Positions 25,727 to 34,888 are shown, counted from the stretch's first letter. The stretch is 64,000 bases of DNA from Gammaproteobacteria bacterium (GCA_029245525.1 JAQWPD010000101.1:47197-111196), one strand, 5' to 3'. Notes: generated by a model from the sequence alone, not told the origin. Numbers and translations are program-made.

Positions 25727-26077
25727 TTAGGGCTGCGCAAGGCCGAGTTCCCATTTTTCCAAGGTTTCCGGCATAAAACCACCTCTGGAATAGATCTCAA
25801 GGTAGTGCAAGCATCCATTTTTCATGAACAGGCTGCTTCCGGCTCCATCCATCAACATATCGCTACTGATATGAGGACATACCGGTCGGGTTCCATCCGG
25901 TATAGGGACAAATCCTTCGGGAACGCCCAGATACAAAAACAGACCGGTACCCATAAAATCGCGTTTTTGCACCTCAGCAGCGGCGATCTGGTCTGCCAAC
26001 TCCTGACTCCCAGAATGCTGCGCAATCCAGCCAAGAACCGCTTGCTCAAGCTCACCCATAAATAGCCCGCCAAACAC
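25727..26077 (-). CDS. Hypothetical small cytoplasmic protein (116 aa)
   Basis: Its composition looks more protein-like than the antisense 151-aa ORF. No family recognised. M7 (MGELEQ) is an alternative start. Confidence 0.4.
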   Translation of the reverse strand: MFGGLFMGELEQAVLGWIAQHSGSQELADQIAAAEVQKRDFMGTGLFLYLGVPEGFVPIPDGTRPVCPHISSDMLMDGAGSSLFMKNGCLHYLEIYSRGGFMPETLEKWELGLAQP

Positions 26078-26188
26078 TCAAAAATTGATCATCGCACACC
26101 AATTTTAATGGTACGCAATCTCTTTATATAAACCATGTTTTCCGCGCCAATGGACGTCGACTCCCGGCCGAAGCGATCGTTGACGCGC

Positions 26189-26869
26189 TTAAATTATTGC
26201 TGAAACCGCGTTCATGTATTTCGAATGCCTCGCGACCCTGATAGGCAAACCATTAAGCACTTGAGTAGCCAGCTGACGCTGAGCACGATCAAACTTACAC
26301 TCAACAACAACAGTCTCAGGCAGATTCGCCTTCAGGCGAACATTTGGTCGAGGATTTTTCCGCTGATCCCACACCATCTGATCGAAGTCGAGGGTAACCC
26401 GAATACGGCCACATGCGCTCAAATAATAAAAACGCCGATAGTGATTAATCATTACAGCCCAAGGATTTTGCTCCAGCCAGAGACGACCCTCGTGATCAAG
26501 CTGAAGGGCTATCATGTCGCGGATTTCTGTCCATGTTGTGCGGTCATCAACCGGCAGGTCTTTAACTTTGTACAGCAGTTTCCAGCCGTACTGATTACGC
26601 TTTTGCTTGATCTCAAGCTTGCCGGGAGACGGCAGTAAACTGTCCCCATACCAGCGATACCGTACTTTTGTGCGGTCACTTACGCCGGCCAAGTTCTCGG
26701 CATACGCTGAGTACTCCAAGGTATCAAAGTAAACATTATGCACCGTGCGCATCGGATACGCCTCTGAAAATGCCAGAGGGTGCAACCGCAGCCACTGGTA
26801 CACCACATCTGTATCACGCCGATTCGTAACAAACTTAATTTCTTGTCGGGCGCCGTCAGGAACTAACAT
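26189..26869 (-). CDS. VTC-domain (CYTH-like polyphosphate polymerase domain) protein
   Basis: RQEIKFV...VHNVYFDTLEYSAY...RTKVRYRWYGD...KLEIKQKRNQYGWK matches the bacterial VTC-domain pattern. The ATG shares 1 nt with the upstream TAA. Confidence 0.75.
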   Translation of the reverse strand: MLVPDGARQEIKFVTNRRDTDVVYQWLRLHPLAFSEAYPMRTVHNVYFDTLEYSAYAENLAGVSDRTKVRYRWYGDSLLPSPGKLEIKQKRNQYGWKLLYKVKDLPVDDRTTWTEIRDMIALQLDHEGRLWLEQNPWAVMINHYRRFYYLSACGRIRVTLDFDQMVWDQRKNPRPNVRLKANLPETVVVECKFDRAQRQLATQVLNGLPIRVARHSKYMNAVSAII

Positions 26870-29583
26870 TACTGGCGATCCTCCGGTTTAGGCCGCCGTA
26901 ACCCTGGCCTCATAACAGTGTTATAAAGTTCATCCACATCAATATCCTCCGGAGCAAACTCCTCGCCATCGAGAATTACCCGACTGCCGGTCTGCACCAC
27001 TGCGACCGCACGATTACCCTGCAGAGTCATATTCCTGGCCACTACTTCGGCGATGCCAAACTCTGGCTTCTTTATGTAAGCCATCAAGGCAGAAATTCTG
27101 GAATTAAAAATAGAAGAGTTTGCTATGTCGAGACGAGAGCCATCCTTGGCAGCAGCGCCCGTCCCGCACGCTTCAATAAATAAGTTTTCAGCCTGCACCT
27201 GACTGGCCTCGCCGACAGAGAGCGCTTTATCGTCGACATTTAAAAACCGTGTGCCATTCAGGCTAATATTACTTGTGCTGACGTCAACAGCATCTCCGCC
27301 TCCAGCGGTGCCGATACCTTCAAACAGACCGCCGATAATTTTGCCGGTGCAGAAATCACAGTCAAACCCATCGGACAAGGTATCAATAATCTGTAAATTA
27401 CTAATCGCAAAATCTGAGCTAATAATATTTAGTCCGTCCTCACCCTTATGATGCAGGATTGAGATGTCGGACATATCAACAGAATTGCGGTAAAAATTTG
27501 TGCCGCCCATCAGCTTCCAAACACCCAACTCCACGCCGCGAGTATCTTCCACAACCACATTGCTCCAGCGCGAACGCTCCGGCGCAGCAAACGCAACAAA
27601 CCCCAACCAGCTGTCCGCACCTGCCTCGGCGAGCAATTGCACAGGCTCCGCGACAGTGCCTTCAAAAAAGACATTGCCGCGAACAATCAAGGCAGCATCC
27701 TCGGCAAAACGCAAAGTAGTACCGGGACCCGCTTGAAGGGAGTAGCCTTCGGGGAAGGCCATTGTACTAGTGACTGACCACTCTCCTGCCGCAATACTCA
27801 CCTTTTTTGCAGACTCATCAAGCGATAAAAAGCTTGATATGGCCAACAGCTCATCGATACCCATAACAGGGATGGGGTTGCGATTAACCAAGGGCGCCTG
27901 CTTGACCGCTTTAATATTAAAGCCACGATCCTGTTGCCTACCCAAAACCAGAATGGTCTCCTCTGCCAAATCTGCAGGCAACTCTATTCTAGTCACCGGT
28001 GAAATATCATTAACTGCTCTGCTTTGAAGCTCCAGGGGCAAACCCGGCAAAACAATCTGTTGCCCATCCACCTCTATAGCATCTATCGTCACGGGGTAAG
28101 GAATCGCCGATGCCAAATCAAGATACGTCCGATCGCCGTCAATAACCTGGTATGCACGCAGCGCATTGGGGTAATAACTGGAAACACCTTGAGGCTGGCC
28201 AACCAAAAAATTAGCCGCTTGCAATTGGGTGTCATTAAGCGATCCGAGAAACGCCGCACGCTGCTCAATTTCATTCAAGGGATACTTAGGCAGAAAGAAA
28301 TATTCACTGTGCAGAATGTCAAGAAGCCGGCGCTCCTCTTCGCGCATGCTATCAATCAGCTCGCCTGTCTCAACTCTTGCGACCAAATCAGATAAAACCT
28401 CTTTGTAGCGTGCGAAAATTTTTGGATCCTGCAACATTTGCTGCACCATCGCTTCTTTCGCAGAGATATATTCATCGCCTGATTCACGCTGCTTAAGGCT
28501 TGCATCATAAGCAATGGGCTCCATCTTGAGCGTTATGGGGTTCATGTAAAATCGCTGGTTATGCCAGCGGATCGCATGAAACGCTCCCATTAACTCACTG
28601 ACCGCTAAGTAAGCCCCCATCGTATTAGCATCAAAAATTTCCGATGCTGCAACACGACCCTCACTGAAGGCACGAAGCATTCCTGAGGCAATCTGCGACT
28701 GACCATAGAGCGTGGGTGAATCGCTCAGCTTACCGCCCTGAAATACATCCGTAGCAGCATTGCGGAAATCATCGTAAACACCACCGAAGCCATTACCGCG
28801 AGGACCATCGAACGAACTAAAAACAAGGTCCTCATCGTAGCGGACAATAACGCCCTCACGGCGCGACTGCGACTCAAGCAACTCTTTCGAGAAGTGCTCT
28901 TCCAGTGCCATGATGCCAAGATCATTGCCGTTAAGCATCATGTTAACGTACAGATAACGCGGTGTCAGAACACCATAGTCCCGTAAAACATGGAAGTACA
29001 AATTCTCCGAATGGTAACCGCGCACAGCTGGGTTCTGTACGGAAAAATTCCGCATCCCGAGATAGGTTTCGCCTTTACGGACCTGCACCCGAAAGGACCA
29101 TTTTTCACCTCGCACGTGATCGGTAAAGTCTCCTTTCAAACGGATTTTTACAGGAATTGTGTTATCGCGACCACGAATTTTAGCCTTAACGAATGAGTCT
29201 TCCGTCTGGACAATACGCCCTCGGATCAAGGCTTCATCGCGCTGCTCATAGATAGCGCGCATATCTCGAAACTTCACATCAAGAACAAGGTCTGGAATAT
29301 CCCCATCAGAGCTCACGCTTGCTATGACATTGGGCCCTGCTTGCAAACTGGCGCTCAGCAGTCCTGGGCCATTATCAAATGCGGCATGCCCCCTTTCCCA
29401 AGGAAAGAGCAATATAGGGCCGTACTCGGCCTTTAGGTAATTGCTTGAAAAGAGCTTGGGATTGCCCAAACCTTCAATCAGGTAGGCGCAAACCAGCAGC
29501 ACCGGCACGCCCAAAATAAGCAGCACAGATGGTTTGGGGAAACGCCGCTTACCTCTGGCCGGCTTGCCGCCTTTGAGCTGCAT
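26869..29583 (-). CDS. Membrane-anchored CotH kinase-family protein with C-terminal parallel beta-helix repeats
   Basis: N-terminal TM segment SVLLILGVPVLLVCAYLI. CotH-like core YFHVLRDYGVLTPRYLYVNMMLNGNDLGIMALEEHFSKELL. The C-terminal ~330 aa contain Gly/Asn/Asp-rich repeats typical of right-handed beta-helices. Confidence 0.7.
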   Translation of the reverse strand: MQLKGGKPARGKRRFPKPSVLLILGVPVLLVCAYLIEGLGNPKLFSSNYLKAEYGPILLFPWERGHAAFDNGPGLLSASLQAGPNVIASVSSDGDIPDLVLDVKFRDMRAIYEQRDEALIRGRIVQTEDSFVKAKIRGRDNTIPVKIRLKGDFTDHVRGEKWSFRVQVRKGETYLGMRNFSVQNPAVRGYHSENLYFHVLRDYGVLTPRYLYVNMMLNGNDLGIMALEEHFSKELLESQSRREGVIVRYDEDLVFSSFDGPRGNGFGGVYDDFRNAATDVFQGGKLSDSPTLYGQSQIASGMLRAFSEGRVAASEIFDANTMGAYLAVSELMGAFHAIRWHNQRFYMNPITLKMEPIAYDASLKQRESGDEYISAKEAMVQQMLQDPKIFARYKEVLSDLVARVETGELIDSMREEERRLLDILHSEYFFLPKYPLNEIEQRAAFLGSLNDTQLQAANFLVGQPQGVSSYYPNALRAYQVIDGDRTYLDLASAIPYPVTIDAIEVDGQQIVLPGLPLELQSRAVNDISPVTRIELPADLAEETILVLGRQQDRGFNIKAVKQAPLVNRNPIPVMGIDELLAISSFLSLDESAKKVSIAAGEWSVTSTMAFPEGYSLQAGPGTTLRFAEDAALIVRGNVFFEGTVAEPVQLLAEAGADSWLGFVAFAAPERSRWSNVVVEDTRGVELGVWKLMGGTNFYRNSVDMSDISILHHKGEDGLNIISSDFAISNLQIIDTLSDGFDCDFCTGKIIGGLFEGIGTAGGGDAVDVSTSNISLNGTRFLNVDDKALSVGEASQVQAENLFIEACGTGAAAKDGSRLDIANSSIFNSRISALMAYIKKPEFGIAEVVARNMTLQGNRAVAVVQTGSRVILDGEEFAPEDIDVDELYNTVMRPGLRRPKPEDRQ

Positions 29584-30269
29584 TAGACGCTTGGAAGATG
29601 ATTCTGGTCGAGGAAGGTAATGCTGATGTCAGGGAATGCTTCGCGCAACGAGTCGACCAAGCCACTCAATGACTGGTCATCACGTAAATCGACAAGGTAG
29701 GTTGCTGATAACATCGCCTCACGAATATCATAGCGGCGTAAATCGCCTTTTGCAGCATGACTGACAATCACTTTATTTATTTCTTCAAGCTTACCTTTCT
29801 GCGTTGCTTGATCGCCTTCCCAATCCAGAGACAAGAATAGCTGACGGCCGGTATCACCTTGGCGAACCCATTTGAGACCCGCCATGGCACCGAGAATAAA
29901 CAGGGTAGCGATTACCGTCGGTACAGTCTGAGATGCACCAAGGCCAAGGCCAACAGCAATAGAAATAAAGAGGTAGGCCAATTCTTCAGGCTCTTTAATC
30001 GGTGTACGGAAGCGCACGATAGAGAGTGCGCCAACCAAACCCAACGACAAGGCGAGAGACGATTTAACGACCATAATAATCAGCACAACCGTTAGTGAAA
30101 CAAACGGAAATACCTGCGCAAACTCATCACGATTAGAAAGTGTTGAACCAAAACGTTTAAAGTGCCATCGGACGATCATCGAAAGAATAACGGCCACAAT
30201 AAGATTGAGCAGTAACTCAGGGATGGATAGTGGGGCATCGGAGCCAAAGGCTGAAATTTCGTCAAGCAT
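29583..30269 (-). CDS. DUF4956-domain membrane protein
   Basis: LLLNLIVAVILSMIVRWHFKRF...SLGLVGALSIVRFRTPIKEPEELAYLFISIAVGLGLGA is characteristic of DUF4956. First gene of the triad. Confidence 0.75.
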   Translation of the reverse strand: MLDEISAFGSDAPLSIPELLLNLIVAVILSMIVRWHFKRFGSTLSNRDEFAQVFPFVSLTVVLIIMVVKSSLALSLGLVGALSIVRFRTPIKEPEELAYLFISIAVGLGLGASQTVPTVIATLFILGAMAGLKWVRQGDTGRQLFLSLDWEGDQATQKGKLEEINKVIVSHAAKGDLRRYDIREAMLSATYLVDLRDDQSLSGLVDSLREAFPDISITFLDQNHLPSV

Positions 30270-30466
30270 GAAAAATATCCTGCTTAGTGTTGTTTAAGAG
30301 TTAAACCGCGTGACCCAGTGTCAACGGAGTACACAACTTAACTTAAAAGCGGCGGAAATTTAACAAATTCGTCACAAAAATGGTGATTAATACCTCAGAA
30401 TTGTGCTCCGACCAACCACCATGGGGCGACACAAGCCATCTAATTCATACTGACGCCCAGTAACTT

Positions 30467-30490
30467 GAGTGTTATTTTGAGCGTTATTTT
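30467..30490. repeat. Tandem 12-bp direct repeat GAGTGTTATTTT GAGCGTTATTTT
   Basis: Read directly. It ends 65 nt upstream of the pyrophosphatase ATG in the 286-bp divergent spacer. Confidence 0.6.
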
Positions 30491-30555
30491 CTCCACTCTT
30501 TAGGGTAAGCCGAGGTACTCTCGGCAATTCCGGCAGGAATCCACACGGTCAAACA

Positions 30556-31203
30556 ATGAAAAAACTATTATTTTTAATGTGCTTGCTCAACGCGACCGCC
30601 TGTGTCGCCGATAAACAGAGTAACGCAGCTGATGAAATCGCAACTCCCGCAAACATCTTGTTCGACTACCCCACTGTAGTTCAACCAGGTCTGGTCAACT
30701 TGCTGGTTGAGATTCCCGCTGGAACACAGCAAAAGTGGGAGGCCATGAAGTCCGGTGATGGACTTAAGTGGGACAGAAAGAATGGTCAACTTCGGGTCAT
30801 CAATTACCTACCCTACCCTGGCAATTACGGCATGATTCCTAGAACGCTGCTACCTCGTGAAGCCGGTGGTGATGGCGACCCGCTGGATGTCATCATGCTC
30901 GGTAGCTCAGTGCCACGTGCTACGGTGATAGCAGTTAAGCCCATTGCAGTGCTCCGACTCCTAGATAACGGCGAGCAAGACGATAAAATTCTTGCGGTTC
31001 CACTGGAGGGCGCCATGAGTGACCTAAGTTCGCTGGCTGAGCTCAACCAGCGATACGCTGGCGTTACACAAATTATCGAGCTCTGGTTTACCCACTACAA
31101 AGGTTCAGGCCGCATGGAATCGCAAGGTTATGCCGATAAAGATGCCGCCTGGGAAATGATCAATATCGCCAGCCGCGCCTTTGACGCCAAACACAGCGAT
31201 TAA
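30556..31203 (+). CDS. ppa: Family I inorganic pyrophosphatase with N-terminal signal peptide / possible lipobox
   Basis: PPase core LVEIPAGTQQKWE...YPGNYGMIPRT...GDGDPLDVIMLG, preceded by MKKLLFLMCLLNATAC. Confidence 0.8.
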   Translation: MKKLLFLMCLLNATACVADKQSNAADEIATPANILFDYPTVVQPGLVNLLVEIPAGTQQKWEAMKSGDGLKWDRKNGQLRVINYLPYPGNYGMIPRTLLPREAGGDGDPLDVIMLGSSVPRATVIAVKPIAVLRLLDNGEQDDKILAVPLEGAMSDLSSLAELNQRYAGVTQIIELWFTHYKGSGRMESQGYADKDAAWEMINIASRAFDAKHSD

Positions 31204-31217
31204 AGCTACACCTGAAC

Positions 31218-31901
31218 ATGCCCAATAAAAAAGCATTCGACTCATACCGCAAGCGGCCTATACGCAGCTTCGTCCAGCGGACAGGCCGCATGACCGAAGG
31301 GCAAAAGCGCGCCTTTGATTCTCTGTGGCAACAGTACGGCGTCAATTTTGAAGCCTTACCACTCGATCTCTCTTCAATCTTCAGTCGTGATGTTTATCGC
31401 ACGTTGGAAATTGGCTTCGGCGCTGGCACATCATTTGTAGAAACCGCAAAAAAATACCCGAATCATGATTTTCTCGGCATCGAGGTGCATGAACCGGGCG
31501 TAGGACGCTGCATGCTAGAGGCTAGTCAGCAAGACCTTAGCAACATTAAACTTATTTGCCACGATGCTGTTGAGGTGTTGAGAGACCAACTGCCGGCAGA
31601 CAGCTTCGATTGCATCAATTTGTTTTTCCCCGACCCGTGGCACAAAAAACGCCATCATAAACGCCGCATCGTCCAAGCGGAATTTGTTACGACACTAAGC
31701 AGCAAACTGCGTAGCGGCGGAATTTTTCATGTCGCAACGGACTGGCCAAATTATGCCGAACACATTCAGAACGTGTTTAATCAACAGCAGCAACTGCGCG
31801 AACATACAGGCGAAAACCCCTGGCGACCGGCAACACGATTTGAGAACCGTGGCGTCAAGCTTGGTCACAATATCTGGGAAAAAGTTTTCGTCAAGCAATA
31901 G
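31218..31901 (+). CDS. trmB: tRNA (guanine46-N7)-methyltransferase
   Basis: LEIGFGAG SAM motif and FPDPWHKKRHHKRR, which is diagnostic of TrmB. Confidence 0.93.
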   Translation: MPNKKAFDSYRKRPIRSFVQRTGRMTEGQKRAFDSLWQQYGVNFEALPLDLSSIFSRDVYRTLEIGFGAGTSFVETAKKYPNHDFLGIEVHEPGVGRCMLEASQQDLSNIKLICHDAVEVLRDQLPADSFDCINLFFPDPWHKKRHHKRRIVQAEFVTTLSSKLRSGGIFHVATDWPNYAEHIQNVFNQQQQLREHTGENPWRPATRFENRGVKLGHNIWEKVFVKQ

Positions 31902-32066
31902 CCCTGTACCCACCGGACCTTTAGGCGTATAAATATTTTACTGCTGATGCAGTCGCATCGCAGTGCGAAGAGAGCCCGCCAAGAGGCTCAATAGTATTGA
32001 GGTGCACCCCATGGGATAGCACTGCCTGAAGTTGGGAAATGGTATCGATGCAGCAACATAGGGTTA

Positions 32067-32345
32067 TTGGAAGTTGTCGCGACTGACCGGGACGATGCAA
32101 CCATCGAAATACAGCAGTACGATGGCACTATAGGCGAATTAGACTATCGAGCGTGGATCGCGGAAAAGGCCATCCCTACCGTGCCCCCCAATGACTGCCT
32201 TGGGTCGGTCGATATCAGTTACGAAGACAACCCTGATGCGCCCAATCGCATTACATTGACACTGAATGATTCGCTCAACTTGGTTGAACAACTGGATGAC
32301 CCTTCAGAAGACTGGCTGAGCATAATAACTATCGAAACAAGCTAA
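32067..32345 (+). CDS. Small acidic hypothetical protein (92 aa, TTG start)
   Basis: Open frame with plausible composition. No family recognised and the start is uncertain. Confidence 0.35.
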   Translation: MEVVATDRDDATIEIQQYDGTIGELDYRAWIAEKAIPTVPPNDCLGSVDISYEDNPDAPNRITLTLNDSLNLVEQLDDPSEDWLSIITIETS

Positions 32346-32354
32346 AGCCGGCAG

Positions 32355-32711
32355 CTACAAATGGCGCGATGAACTCGGTGCCCGAACCCAGATAATACCG
32401 CTGTCCTCATGGCACCCAAGGCGTTGTAGAGACTTTCCCGGGCAGGGTCCTGCAACGCAGGCCCCCGTAGCCGGCTCAAATTTTGCGCCGTGCGATAGGC
32501 AACGGATATAAATCCCGTCAGGCGTCATAAAATCATTGGGGCCGTAGTTAAGAGCATGCCCTGCATGAGGGCATGAATTAACCCATGCGTAACAGCCGCC
32601 ATCATGGCGAACAACAAAACCCTTCAGCGGCCAATCGCCACCGCCCAACTGAAACCCCAATGCCTTGCCTTCGGCCAGATCCGCACTCGCGCCTACGTCA
32701 TAGGTCTTCAA
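32355..32711 (-). CDS. Rieske [2Fe-2S] domain protein
   Basis: CPHAGH...CLSHGAKF Rieske ligand pattern. Start overlaps the ampG stop (ATGA). Confidence 0.8.
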   Translation of the reverse strand: MKTYDVGASADLAEGKALGFQLGGGDWPLKGFVVRHDGGCYAWVNSCPHAGHALNYGPNDFMTPDGIYIRCLSHGAKFEPATGACVAGPCPGKSLQRLGCHEDSGIIWVRAPSSSRHL

Positions 32712-34015
32712 GGCTTAGCGCCTGACGCACTGCGACGCACAACCCAGAACGACAAAAGAATTGCGGGTATACCCATGCAGGATGCATATACAAAGAATAC
32801 CGTCCAGTCGGTTGCAGCAACAATCTGCCCAGAAAACCCACTCAGCAACTTGCCAAAAAAATTCATTATCGAAGAAAACAAGGCGTATTGCGTGGCAGTA
32901 TAAGCGGCGCTTGTCAGGCCGGAAAGATAGGCGATGAAAACAGTACCCGTATAGCCGGCGGCAAAATTGTCCGCACTAATGGTAACCATCAAATAACTTA
33001 CGTCAGGCTCTCCATGGATCGCCATGCCAGCAAAAAACAAATTGGTAATTGCCAGCATAAAGGCCCCCCAAATCAAAGGCCGGTTGATACCAAAATAAGC
33101 CACCGAGACACCACCGAGGGCAGCCCCTAGCATCGTGATGATAAAGCCGAATACTTTAGTGACAGTGGCAATTTCTGATAAGGAAAATCCGATATCAATA
33201 TAGAACGGGTTCGCCATCACGCCCAAAACCAGGTCGCTAAAACGATACAAAGCAATAAAGGCAATAACCAGCAAGGCTGAGCGCCCCTGACGCACGAAAA
33301 ACTCACGGAATGGTCCGATTACTGCATCGTCAAACCATTCAAGTGGGCCTGCTGCAGCAATTATCCGCAGTTGTTGCTTTGGCTCAGCGATAAACAACGT
33401 GGTCACAATGCCCACAGCCATTAGCACGGCCATGCTTTGATAGGCCAGCGCCCAACTTCCAAGATCCGCGATATACAACGCACCGGCAACAGCCACCAAC
33501 ATAGCAACACGATAGCCAAGTTGGTATGCCGCTGCCATTGCGCCCTGAACATACTGCTGTACCGCTTCGATACGATACGCATCGATGACAATATCCTGGG
33601 TGGCAGAGAAAAATGCTACCGCAACCGACAACAACGCTATTCGCGTAAGACCCTCTGCCGGATCAGATGAGGCCATTAAGTACAATGGCAGTGCAATGCC
33701 CAACTGAGACAGAAGCATCCAGCTGCGCCGACGACCCAGCAATCGACCCAGCACCGGAATGGGCAGCCGGTCAACAAGAGGCGCCCAGAGAAATTTAAGC
33801 GAATACAACAAGCCGACCCAGGCGAACATGCCAATGTCAGTCATGCTGGCACTGCTGCTGGCCAGCCACGCTGTTAAAGTCCCGGCAACTAAGGCAAATG
33901 GCAGCCCCGCCGAAAAGCCCAAAAACAACATAGCGGCAACTCTGGGGTTGCGATATACCGCCAGTGCCGCCAGCCAGCCTGGTTCTTGGTGAGGGAGCTG
34001 AGCGTTATCAGTCAA
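32708..34015 (-). CDS. ampG: AmpG-family muropeptide MFS permease
   Basis: 435 aa with multiple TM segments. LFLGFSAGLPFAL and WAPLVDRLPIPVLGRLLGRRRSWML are typical of AmpG. Confidence 0.85.
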   Translation of the reverse strand: MTDNAQLPHQEPGWLAALAVYRNPRVAAMLFLGFSAGLPFALVAGTLTAWLASSSASMTDIGMFAWVGLLYSLKFLWAPLVDRLPIPVLGRLLGRRRSWMLLSQLGIALPLYLMASSDPAEGLTRIALLSVAVAFFSATQDIVIDAYRIEAVQQYVQGAMAAAYQLGYRVAMLVAVAGALYIADLGSWALAYQSMAVLMAVGIVTTLFIAEPKQQLRIIAAAGPLEWFDDAVIGPFREFFVRQGRSALLVIAFIALYRFSDLVLGVMANPFYIDIGFSLSEIATVTKVFGFIITMLGAALGGVSVAYFGINRPLIWGAFMLAITNLFFAGMAIHGEPDVSYLMVTISADNFAAGYTGTVFIAYLSGLTSAAYTATQYALFSSIMNFFGKLLSGFSGQIVAATDWTVFFVYASCMGIPAILLSFWVVRRSASGAKP

Positions 34016-34778
34016 TGCTGTAATCCATAATCAAAGGGGCGTGATCTGAGAAACGTTTATTCTTATATATTACAGCCCGTGTCGCCGCTCCCTTTAACTC
34101 GGGCGAAACGACCTGATAATCAATACGCCAACCAACATTGTTGTCCCAAGCACGCCCACGGTTTGACCACCATGTGTACTGATCGGCCTTTTGATTAAGC
34201 TCGCGGAATGCATCAACATAGCCCTCACGATCAAAAACATCGTCCAGCCAAGCTCGCTCTTCGGGCAGAAAGCCTGAGTTCTTGCGATTTCCCCGCCAGT
34301 TCTTTAAATCAATTTCTTTGTGCGCAATATTCCAGTCACCACAGATGATGTAACGGCGATCAGTCGCACGAATATCCTGCAAGTAGTGCATGAACTCGTC
34401 CAGATAACGAAATTTCGCTTGCTGTCGCTCTTCACTCGAAGACCCCGACGGCATATAGACAGAAATGACACTGAGGTCACCAAAACGCGCTTCAATGTGC
34501 CGACCTTCTGCATCAAACTCAGCAGACCCGAATCCATTGATAACATCGTCAGGTTCCTGTTTGGAATAGATCGCCACACCACTGTAGCCCTTCTTCTGAG
34601 CATCCTCATAGTAGCAATAGTGATTGCGCGGCCGAAACTCATCGGCATCAAGCTGGTGAGCCTGGGCCTTGGTCTCTTGAATACAGACGACATCGGCTTT
34701 CTGCCGCGGCAGCCAGCCAAAAAACCCCTTGCGTGCTGCTGCACGAATGCCATTGGCATTAAGACTAATAATTCGCAT
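34008..34778 (-). CDS. xthA: Exodeoxyribonuclease III
   Basis: MRIISLNANGIRAA..., CIQETK, GDWNIAH, SDHAP. Start set at ATG 34778, which has GGAG upstream; the track ORF extends to 34859. Confidence 0.93.
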   Translation of the reverse strand: MRIISLNANGIRAAARKGFFGWLPRQKADVVCIQETKAQAHQLDADEFRPRNHYCYYEDAQKKGYSGVAIYSKQEPDDVINGFGSAEFDAEGRHIEARFGDLSVISVYMPSGSSSEERQQAKFRYLDEFMHYLQDIRATDRRYIICGDWNIAHKEIDLKNWRGNRKNSGFLPEERAWLDDVFDREGYVDAFRELNQKADQYTWWSNRGRAWDNNVGWRIDYQVVSPELKGAATRAVIYKNKRFSDHAPLIMDYSID

Positions 34779-34888
34779 AGGTCTCCAATACAAGCAGAAT
34801 AAAAGTAGCTGCGTTACTCTAACAGAAGCAGCAACAGCAACCGGCATGAAACAGACCAACCCTCAGCACAGGATTAAGACGCACAATA

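Noticed and set aside
25610-26065. 151-aa plus-strand ORF antisense to the 116-aa gene
   Set aside because: Its amino-acid composition is poor (many His, Arg, Ser and Lys, with low-complexity stretches). It opposes the orientation of all neighbouring genes. The minus-strand frame looks more protein-like, although neither frame is certain.
31932-31975. Stem-loop CTGCTGATGC-AGTC-GCATCGCAG after trmB, considered as a terminator
   Set aside because: The stem is bulged and no U-rich tract follows. It may be a weak or Rho-assisted site but is not supportable as a feature.
34304-34802. 151-aa (minus strand) and 160-aa (plus strand) ORFs within xthA
   Set aside because: They are alternative-frame or antisense shadows of a very clearly identified exonuclease III gene.
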